Shown here piece by piece: positions 57,164-64,000 of a DNA stretch of 64,000 bases. The first letter of the stretch is position 1. Every line of letters begins with the position of its first letter. This DNA comes from Thermoanaerobaculia bacterium. Lineage in GTDB: Bacteria; Acidobacteriota; Thermoanaerobaculia; UBA5066; Gp7-AA6. The position numbers were made by a program, and so were the translations under genes. The DNA is taken from contig DASXPB010000050.1 in the NCBI GenBank assembly GCA_036493875.1, positions 14,577 to 78,576 of the forward strand, written 5' to 3'. The notes beneath the pieces are model-generated. The model did not search any database. It was not told where the DNA came from and worked only from the letters and a program-made list of their open reading frames with translations.

Positions 57164-57936
57164 TGGGAAGTCTCGGCGGAAACACGGTCGCCATCATCCA
57201 GGCGCGCGTGGGCTCGCGGCGGCTGCCGGGCAAGGTCCTGGCGCCCATCGTGGGCCGCTCCATGCTCGAGCGCGTCGTCGAGCGCGTCCAAGCCGCCACC
57301 CGGGTGGACCGGGTCGTCGTCGCGACCTCCGACGATCCGCGCGACGACGCGGTCGAGGCGATCTGCCTTCGGAGGCGATTCGACTGCTTCCGGGGCAGCG
57401 AGTCAGACGTGCTCGGCCGCTACGTCGGCGCGGCCGCGCGATACTCGGCCGACCCGATCCTGCGGATCACGGCGGACTGCCCGCTGATCGACCCGGAGGT
57501 GATCGACCGCGTCGTGGACGCCTTCGCGGGAAAGGGACTCGACTACGCCTCGAACATCAACCCGTCGACCTTCCCCCACGGGCTCGACACCGAGATCCTC
57601 TCGGCGGAGGCGCTCGGGCACGCGGATCGCGACGCCCGGTGGCAGTCGGAGCGCGAGCACGTCACGCTTCACATCCGCCAGCACCCGGAGCGCTTCCGCA
57701 GCGTCAACGTGACTCACACGCCGGACCTGTCGGGCCGGCGCTGGGTCGTGGACGAGGCGACCGACCTCGAGTTCGTCCGGGCCGTCTACGAACGGCTGGG
57801 GGATCGGCCCTTCGGCATGGCGGACGTGCTCGCCCTGCTCTCGTCGGAGCCCGAGCTCGCGCGCATCAACGCGGGCATCCCGCGAGACGAAGGCCTCAAG
57901 AAGTCGCTCGCCGAGGACCAGCTGGTGCGCCCATGA
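57163..57936 (+). CDS. Cytidylyltransferase-family protein (SpsF/PseF-like, CTP_transf_3; 257 aa)
   Basis: In frame of track ORF 56629..57936. VAIIQARVGSRRLPGKVLAPIVGRSMLERVVERV..., ITADCPLIDPEVID. Located between the methyltransferase and pseG. Confidence 0.8.
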   Translation: MGSLGGNTVAIIQARVGSRRLPGKVLAPIVGRSMLERVVERVQAATRVDRVVVATSDDPRDDAVEAICLRRRFDCFRGSESDVLGRYVGAAARYSADPILRITADCPLIDPEVIDRVVDAFAGKGLDYASNINPSTFPHGLDTEILSAEALGHADRDARWQSEREHVTLHIRQHPERFRSVNVTHTPDLSGRRWVVDEATDLEFVRAVYERLGDRPFGMADVLALLSSEPELARINAGIPRDEGLKKSLAEDQLVRP

Positions 57937-59027
57937 GGTCCCCGTCGGCAGCGTCTTCGATGCTCGGCACGCCGACGCAGGGTTCGCTGCTCGTCCGCGT
58001 CGAGGCGGACGCGAAGGGCGGCACGGGGCACGCCATGCGCTGCATCGCGCTCGCCCAGGCCTGGCAGGACGCCGGCGGCGGTCCCGTCCGCTTCCTGATG
58101 ACCCACTGCGGCGAGGGGCTCGCCGCGCGGATGCGGCGCGAGGAGATCGCGCTGGAGCGCGTCGAGGGGGCACCGGCGCCGGGGAGTCAGGCGGATGCGG
58201 CGCAGACGCTCGCACTCGCGCGGGCGGGGCTCACCTCCTGGATCGTGGTCGACGGCTATTGGGCGGACGCGGCCTACACGACGAGCCTGTGCGGCCAGGG
58301 CCCCGGACTCCTCTGCATCGACGACCTCGGCGAGGCGGGTCCTTATGCGGCGGACCTCGTGCTGAACCAGAACCTGTATGCGGAGCCGAAGATGTACGCC
58401 GACCGAGCGTCCCACACCGAGCTCTTGCTCGGCGCGGACTTCGCGCTGCTTCGGCGCGAGTTCTCGGCGTACCGGGGGTTCCCGCGGACGATCCCCGCAC
58501 AGGCGCGGCACATCCTCGTCACGCTCGGCGGCAGCGATCCTGCGAACCTCACGCGGCTCGCGCTGCGGGCTCTCGCGGGGTTCGCCGGCGCCGCCGAGGT
58601 CCGCGTCCTGGTCGGGCCCGAGAATCCCCGCGGGGAGGCGCTCCGTGCCGAGGCGGCGAAGGCCGGGCTCGCGGGGAGTCTCCTCACCGGCGTCGAGGAC
58701 GTTCCGGGACTGCTCGCGTGGAGCGACCTCGCGGTGACCGCGGCCGGCAGCACGTGCTGGGAGCTCGCGTTCCTCGGCGTGCCCGCGCTCACGATCGCGG
58801 TGGCGCCGAACCAGGGTCCCATCGCCGAGAGCCTGTCCCGCGCCGGAATCGCGCGGAACCTGGGCTGGTACGGCGGCGTGAACGAGGAGGGCCTGACGCG
58901 CGCGGTCGCGGAGCTGTCGCGCGACCACGCGGCCCGCGCTCGTCTTTCGGAGGCGGGACGGCGGCTCGTCGACGGCGCCGGTGCCGAGAGGGTGGCTCGC
59001 CGGCTGGCCACGGCGCAGGCGGCCTGA
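57933..59027 (+). CDS. pseG: UDP-2,4-diacetamido-2,4,6-trideoxy-beta-L-altropyranose hydrolase (PseG/SpsG-type GT-B fold, 364 aa)
   Basis: In frame of track ORF 57639..59027; ATGA overlap. RVEADAKGGTGHAMRCIALAQAW, HILVTLGGSDPANLT, SDLAVTAAGSTCWELAFLGVPAL. Confidence 0.82.
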   Translation: MRSPSAASSMLGTPTQGSLLVRVEADAKGGTGHAMRCIALAQAWQDAGGGPVRFLMTHCGEGLAARMRREEIALERVEGAPAPGSQADAAQTLALARAGLTSWIVVDGYWADAAYTTSLCGQGPGLLCIDDLGEAGPYAADLVLNQNLYAEPKMYADRASHTELLLGADFALLRREFSAYRGFPRTIPAQARHILVTLGGSDPANLTRLALRALAGFAGAAEVRVLVGPENPRGEALRAEAAKAGLAGSLLTGVEDVPGLLAWSDLAVTAAGSTCWELAFLGVPALTIAVAPNQGPIAESLSRAGIARNLGWYGGVNEEGLTRAVAELSRDHAARARLSEAGRRLVDGAGAERVARRLATAQAA

Positions 59028-59048
59028 GGAGAAGAGGAAGAGGAAGCC

Positions 59049-59807
59049 GTGCGCGTCGTCCTGTTCGCCAACAACCGCCTGGGCGCGAGCGTCGCGGAGT
59101 TCCTGCGCGCTCGCGGCGAGAACATCGTCGGGCTCGTGGTGCACCCGCCGGCGCGCCGCAGGCTCGGGGACGAGATCCTCGCGGCGAGCGGCGTGCGGCC
59201 CGGCGACGAGCTTGACGGGTCGGCGCTCGCCCGCGAAGACGTCCGGGCCGCGATCGCGGCGCGCGGCGCCGAGGTCGGCGTCTCGGTGATGTTCGGCTAC
59301 ATGCTGCGCCCGCCGATCCGGAGCCTGTTTCCCCGCGAGTGCATCAATCTCCACCCGGCGTACCTGCCCTGGAACCGGGGCGCCTACCCGAACGTGTGGA
59401 GCATCGTCGAGGGCACGCCCGCCGGGACGACGCTGCACTACGTCGACGACGGCGTCGACACGGGCGACATCATCGCGCAGCGCCGCGTCGAGGTGGCGCC
59501 GCACGACACGGGAAAAACGCTCTACGGGAAGCTCGAGTCGGCGAGCCTCGAGCTCTTCCGGGACACGTGGCCGCTCTTCGTCGCCGGCCGCGCGGGACGC
59601 ACGCCGCAGTCCGGGGAGGGGAGCTATCACCGAGTTCGCGACGTCGAGACGATCGACGCGATCGATCCCTCCCGCGCCTACGCGGCGGGCGAGCTGGTCG
59701 ACATCCTGCGGGCGCGGACGTTCCCGCCCCACGCCGGGGCATACCTCACCGCGGGGAGCCGGCGCATCCACGTCCGCGTCGATCTCGAGGAGGCCGAGGC
59801 GCCATGA
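59049..59807 (+). CDS. Formyltransferase (Fmt/PurN N-terminal-domain family, sugar N-formyltransferase candidate, 252 aa)
   Basis: GTG start. MRVVLFANNRLG..., catalytic block INLHPAYLPWNRGAYPNVWSIVEGTPAGTTLHYVDDGVDTGDII (the HxxxLP...D pattern of N10-formyl-THF-dependent transferases). Confidence 0.82.
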   Translation: MRVVLFANNRLGASVAEFLRARGENIVGLVVHPPARRRLGDEILAASGVRPGDELDGSALAREDVRAAIAARGAEVGVSVMFGYMLRPPIRSLFPRECINLHPAYLPWNRGAYPNVWSIVEGTPAGTTLHYVDDGVDTGDIIAQRRVEVAPHDTGKTLYGKLESASLELFRDTWPLFVAGRAGRTPQSGEGSYHRVRDVETIDAIDPSRAYAAGELVDILRARTFPPHAGAYLTAGSRRIHVRVDLEEAEAP

Positions 59808-61975
59808 GCCGCGTGAGCCGACTCCCCGCGGGCGCCGGCGGCGCCGACTACGGCCGCGACAACCTGCTTGCCGGCCTGCGGGCGGTCGGGATCGGCGCCG
59901 GCGACCTCGTGTTCGTGCACGCCTGCGCCGAGGCCCTGGGCCAGGCGGACGGCGTCACGGACGAGGCGGGCCTCGCCGCGCTCCTGTACGAGGCCGTACG
60001 CGAGGCGGTGGGTCCGAAGGGCACCGTCCTCGTGCCGACCTTCACGTTCTCCTTCTGCCGGCAGGAGGTCTTCGATCCGGTGCGCTCGCCGGCGATCCGC
60101 GGACTCTGGAACACGTTCCCGGCGTTTCCCGAGCACGTGCGCACGCTGCCGGGAGCGATCCGCTCGCGGGACCCGATCTTCTCCGTCGCGGGCGTGGGGC
60201 CGCGCGCCCAGGAGCTTCTGACCGCGCTGCCGCCGGTGTGTCTCGGCGACGACAGCGTTTTCGCCCGGCTCCGGAAGGCGGGCGGGAAGATCGTCCTCTT
60301 CGGCGTCGGACTGTACGAGGCCACGTTTCGCCACTACGTCGAGTCGGTCTGCCGGGTGCCCTGGCGGTTCGACAAGCTCTTCACCGGCCGCATCCGTGAG
60401 GACGGCCGGGAGCGCAAGGAGGGCTGGCTGTACAACGTCCGGATCGCTTCGCCCGAGGCGGACCCGAAGGGCGACGCGCTCGAAGCGCTGGCGCGAGACC
60501 GCGGCGTCCGCCGCGCGGCGCCCGTCGGCAAGGACGAGGTCGTGGCGGCCGATGCCCAGGCGTTCTACGAGCTGACGGTCGACGCGCTGTCCCGCGACCC
60601 CTGGTTCTCGGCCCGGGGTCCGGCCTCGGATCCCCTCGCCCTCGAAGACGCCCGGACCGGCGGCAGCGCGCAGGCGGCGCCGCTGCCCGAGTCGGCGACG
60701 ATGGGGCAGATCATCGACGGTCTGTGGCGATTGCCGCGGGACCTCGTGTCGCGCGGATTCGACGAGGCGATGCTCGCGCTCGCGGAGCAGGTGCCGATGA
60801 CCGTGCACGAGTATCCGAGCGGCGCCGAATGCTGGACCTGGATCCTGCCCGAGAAATGGTCCTGTCAGGAGGCGTACCTCGAGAGCCTCGACGGGCGGCG
60901 TCTGTTCTCCTACGCCGATCACCCGCTACACGTCGTGTCGTATTCGCTGCCCTTCGAGGGGATCGTGTCGCGCGAGGAGCTGTTGCGGCACCTGCACGTC
61001 CATCCGCGGATTCCGGAGGCGATTCCCTTCATCTTCAAGTACTACGACCGCGACTGGGGCCTCTGCTGCTCGCAGGCGCAGCGTGAGACGCTCACCGACG
61101 AGAAGTACCGCGTCGTGATCCGGAGCGCGTTCAGCTACGGCACGCTCAAGGTGGGGGAGATCGTGATTCCGGGCCGGACCGAGGAGACGATCGTCCTGGC
61201 CGCGCACCTCTGCCATCCCACGATGGTGAACGACGATCTGACGGGCGTGGCGGTGGCGATCGACGTGGCCCGCGCGCTCCGCGAGCGACGGAACCTTCGC
61301 TACACGTACCGGATCCTCATCGTCCCGGAGACCGTCGGAACCGTCGCGTACCTCGCCAGCCACGAGCACGTCATCCCGAAGATGCGCGGGGGCCTGTTCC
61401 TCGAGATGCTCGGCAAGGATCATCCGCACTCGCTCCAGAGCTCGCTCTTCGGCGGAACGGTCGTCGACTCCTGCTTCGAGGAGGCCCTCCGCGAACGGGA
61501 CCCCGAGGCGTGGGTCGGCGCTTACCGGAAGGTCATCGGCAACGACGAGAAGCAGTTCAATGCCCCGGGCGTCCGCGTTCCGTTCCTGTCGCTCTCGCGG
61601 GTCCTGCCGATGGACCATCCCGACCATCCGTACCGCGAATACCACTCGAGCCACGACAACCCCTCGATCCTGTCGCTCCCGAAGCTCGAGGCCTCCCGCG
61701 ACCTGGTGCTGCGGATGGTCGAGATCCTCGAGCAGAACCGCACGCCGCGGAACCGCTTCCGCGGGGAAGTCTTCTGCTCCCGCTACGGGATCCACCGCGA
61801 CTGGTACACGGACCGCGAGGGCCATCGCGCGCTCTTCGCCACCATGGAGCGCATCGACGGCACGCGCTCCATCGTCGAGATCGCCCGAGACGCGGGGGTG
61901 CCGTTCCGGGAGGCGTACCGCACCGTCGTCGAGATGGAGAGCCACGGCCTGGTCGACTGGGGCGAGGGCGCATGA
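59804..61975 (+). CDS. Fusion protein (723 aa): N-terminal AAC(3)-like N-acetyltransferase domain plus a C-terminal aminopeptidase-like (M28-like/DUF4910-type) domain with a terminal winged helix
   Basis: In frame of track ORF 59339..61975; ATGA overlap. N-terminus: GDLVFVHACAEALG...GTVLVPTFTFSF...IRSRDPIFSVAGVG...VLFGVGLYEATFRHYVE follows the aminoglycoside 3-N-acetyltransferase fold pattern. C-terminus: WTWILPEKW..., TIVLAAHLCHPTMVNDDLTGVAV, RILIVPETVGTVAYL and DEKQFNAPGV are typical of the COG4310-type polysaccharide-cluster aminopeptidase-like proteins. Confidence 0.75.
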   Translation: MSRVSRLPAGAGGADYGRDNLLAGLRAVGIGAGDLVFVHACAEALGQADGVTDEAGLAALLYEAVREAVGPKGTVLVPTFTFSFCRQEVFDPVRSPAIRGLWNTFPAFPEHVRTLPGAIRSRDPIFSVAGVGPRAQELLTALPPVCLGDDSVFARLRKAGGKIVLFGVGLYEATFRHYVESVCRVPWRFDKLFTGRIREDGRERKEGWLYNVRIASPEADPKGDALEALARDRGVRRAAPVGKDEVVAADAQAFYELTVDALSRDPWFSARGPASDPLALEDARTGGSAQAAPLPESATMGQIIDGLWRLPRDLVSRGFDEAMLALAEQVPMTVHEYPSGAECWTWILPEKWSCQEAYLESLDGRRLFSYADHPLHVVSYSLPFEGIVSREELLRHLHVHPRIPEAIPFIFKYYDRDWGLCCSQAQRETLTDEKYRVVIRSAFSYGTLKVGEIVIPGRTEETIVLAAHLCHPTMVNDDLTGVAVAIDVARALRERRNLRYTYRILIVPETVGTVAYLASHEHVIPKMRGGLFLEMLGKDHPHSLQSSLFGGTVVDSCFEEALRERDPEAWVGAYRKVIGNDEKQFNAPGVRVPFLSLSRVLPMDHPDHPYREYHSSHDNPSILSLPKLEASRDLVLRMVEILEQNRTPRNRFRGEVFCSRYGIHRDWYTDREGHRALFATMERIDGTRSIVEIARDAGVPFREAYRTVVEMESHGLVDWGEGA

Positions 61976-64000
61976 GCGCGGCGACCTTCCCGCAGGCGCC
62001 GCGCCGGACGTGGCTCGTCTACACCGCGGCCACTCTGCTGAGCTTCCCGGTCTTCGAGATGCTGATCTCCGGCACCGGCGCGCGGGTCTTCGCGCGCGAC
62101 GTCTTCGACGACGGAGCGGTCTCTCGTCTCGGCGCGCTGCGGCTCGACTGGTCGGCGTTCGGGCCCGTGCTCTGGAACCGCCACCTGATGTCCGGCAACG
62201 CGTACTTCGGCCAGTTCAACGCGAGCCCTCTGGCGCTCGACAACCTCCTCTCGCTCGCGGCGACGCCCTTCCTCGCGTTCGCCGCCTGCAGCGCCCTGCT
62301 CGCGTTTCTGGCGGGCCTTTCGATGCACCTCTTCCTCGAACAGTCGGTGCGCCTGCCCCGGCAGGCCGCGCTCGCCGGCGGTCTGATCTACGGCCTCGCG
62401 TTCTGGCACTACACGTTCGGGTTCTCGGCGGCCCTGCTGCCCCTGGCGCTCTGGATCGCCGATCGTGTCGAGGCGTGGCCCGGCGGCCGACTCCGGCGTC
62501 TCGTCCCCGTCGCCGTATGCGCCGCCTTCCTGCTCTACAACTTCAGCCCCCAGCCGGCGGTGTTGACCGCGGTCCTCGGAGCCGGCTACGCGGTCGTCGC
62601 CGCGGACACACCGTCGGAGCGCCGCTCCCGCTTGCTCACCTGGGCCGGCGGCTGGGTGCTCGCGTTCGCGCTCTACGCTCCGGTGCTCTTCACCCTCCTG
62701 CGCCTGCTGCCGGATTCGCAGCGCTCGATCCGGAACAATCTCGCGTGGATTCCGGACGCCGGAACCGCGCTTCGCCTCTGGCCGCAGTACTACTTCGAGG
62801 CGATCGCCGGGCGGCCCGTCGTGGCGGCCCTCGGCGCGCGTCTCCGGGAGGCGTCGGTCGGGACCTGGTACGTCGGGTTCCTGGGAATCGGACTGCTCGC
62901 GCTGTCCATCGGGCTGCCTCGGGTCAACCGGCGGGAGAGAGCCATCCTCTGGCTGCTTGCTGCGGTGCCGCTGATCGATCTCACGGCGATGCTCCTCGTC
63001 CCCTACCAGAGTCACTTCGGCGTGCTGCGGAGCTTCGAGCTTGACCGCATTCGCCTGTTCGTGCCCTTTGTGATGGCCGCCAACGTGGCGATCGCCCTGG
63101 CAGCCCTCGGCCGCGAGAAGACGACGGAGACGCAGAGCTCTCGGGCGAGGACGCTGAGATCCGCGGCGTGCACGGCCGTGCTCGTTCTCTTCCTGGCCGG
63201 CCTCGTGGCCTGCGCCCGGGTCGCGGGCTACCTCCTGCGCCGCAGCGGCTGGCCGTCGACCGCGGCGGGGCGAGAGCGGCTGGCGGGCTGGGTCCTCGCG
63301 ACCCTCTACTACGGCATCGCCATGCTCGTCGGTGTCGCGTTTCTCTGGCGGCGCCGGCGAGCCGAGGGTGCCGCGGAGGTCGTCTCCCGAGGGGCCGTCG
63401 CCGCGCTCCTCGCCGTCCTGGCCTTCGAGCGTCTGGCCTCGTCGCGTATCGAACGCTGGATCGAGAACGAAACGCTGGCCTCTTTCGACGAGGCGCTCGG
63501 AGAGACGCCGGCGATCCGCTTCCTGCAGACGCAGCCGAATGCCGGATCGCAGCGCGTGCTGCTGCTCGGCGATACGACCCGGGCCAATCCGGGCAGCCAT
63601 CCGAATCGCCTGATGTCCCAGGGTCTCTTCTCCGCGGACGGCTATCAGCTGGTCTACCCGCTGAGGTACCACGACCTCTTCGGTCTGCTCACCAAGCCCC
63701 ACCTCGACAAGGATCCGGACCGGCGCCGGTACTTCGAGAACTGGGGGCAGCGGGCGTACGCGTTCGGGCCCGAGCTCAACCGGGACCTCGCGAGCCTCAT
63801 GGGAATCCGGTGGCTTCTGGTGCGCGGGCTTCCCTTCGCCGACGAGCACTGGCGGCTCGTTTTCGAGAAGGGCGACGAGCGCGTGTTCGAGAACCCGGAC
63901 GTCCTTCCGCGTGGATTCGTCGCGACTCGGGAGCGGCGCTATCCGAGCCACGCGGAGCTCTTCGCCGCGCTCGGCTCCGCACCCCTCGAAGAGCTGCGGC
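61972..64000 (+). CDS. Large polytopic membrane protein, YfhO-like/GT-C-like (N-terminal 676 codons; continues beyond the window end)
   Basis: Absent from the ORF track because there is no stop before the window end. ATG 61972 overlaps the upstream stop (ATGA). My translation: MSAATFPQAPRRTWLVYTAATLLSFPVFEMLISGTGARVF...GLIYGLAFWHYTFGFSAALLPLALWIADRVEAW... Near the end it reads RDLASLMGIRWLLVRGLPFADEHWRLVFEKGDERVFENPDVLPRGFVATRE, which resembles the C-terminal end of YfhO-type proteins. Confidence 0.65.
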   Translation, partial: MSAATFPQAPRRTWLVYTAATLLSFPVFEMLISGTGARVFARDVFDDGAVSRLGALRLDWSAFGPVLWNRHLMSGNAYFGQFNASPLALDNLLSLAATPFLAFAACSALLAFLAGLSMHLFLEQSVRLPRQAALAGGLIYGLAFWHYTFGFSAALLPLALWIADRVEAWPGGRLRRLVPVAVCAAFLLYNFSPQPAVLTAVLGAGYAVVAADTPSERRSRLLTWAGGWVLAFALYAPVLFTLLRLLPDSQRSIRNNLAWIPDAGTALRLWPQYYFEAIAGRPVVAALGARLREASVGTWYVGFLGIGLLALSIGLPRVNRRERAILWLLAAVPLIDLTAMLLVPYQSHFGVLRSFELDRIRLFVPFVMAANVAIALAALGREKTTETQSSRARTLRSAACTAVLVLFLAGLVACARVAGYLLRRSGWPSTAAGRERLAGWVLATLYYGIAMLVGVAFLWRRRRAEGAAEVVSRGAVAALLAVLAFERLASSRIERWIENETLASFDEALGETPAIRFLQTQPNAGSQRVLLLGDTTRANPGSHPNRLMSQGLFSADGYQLVYPLRYHDLFGLLTKPHLDKDPDRRRYFENWGQRAYAFGPELNRDLASLMGIRWLLVRGLPFADEHWRLVFEKGDERVFENPDVLPRGFVATRERRYPSHAELFAALGSAPLEELR

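Noticed and set aside
59678-63951. Long minus-strand ORFs 59678..60922, 60926..61945 and 61783..63951
   Set aside because: They are antisense to the translationally coupled plus-strand genes (AAC(3) fusion, YfhO-like). They are Arg/Glu/Asp/Pro-rich with no motifs.

Overview
High-GC segment (about 70% G+C from spot counts), probably Acidobacteriota; that assignment is an inference from the expansion of the ADOP permease family. There are three parts. (1) 1-35.6 kb is entirely on the minus strand. It starts with a BlaI/BlaR1-type repressor and M56 sensor-protease pair whose sensor domain is replaced by 7.5 copies of an unrecognised 29-aa repeat, followed by a secreted protein carrying the same 7.5-repeat array. 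Then come a MacA/HlyD-type adaptor, a stand-alone ABC ATPase and twelve tandem 794-853 aa duplicated FtsX/MacB-like (ADOP) permease paralogs, interrupted once by a second ATPase gene. Gaps are tiny or the genes overlap. (2) 35.7-41.7 kb holds two paralogous polytopic membrane proteins flanking folD and a secreted esterase. (3) 41.8-64 kb is entirely on the plus strand and is a surface-polysaccharide locus. It encodes a TPR protein, a beta-barrel, a short Wza-like OPX, a Wzc-type co-polymerase/BY-kinase, a NusG/RfaH-like factor with a structured leader, and a UDP-sugar dehydrogenase plus 4-epimerase. It continues with a Wzm/Wzt ABC exporter, pseudaminic-acid-type genes (pseB, pseC, pseG, cytidylyltransferase), a methyltransferase, a formyltransferase, an unknown 494-aa protein, an AAC(3)/aminopeptidase-like fusion and a YfhO-like membrane protein that runs off the window. 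I saw no rRNA, tRNA, CRISPR, transposase or integrase. Many long ORFs in the supplied track are antisense or out-of-frame high-GC artefacts, and several true genes needed trimming to internal starts. The best candidates for an undescribed system are the repeat-sensor BlaIR module with its secreted twin, and the adjacent 12-permease, 2-ATPase, 1-adaptor array.
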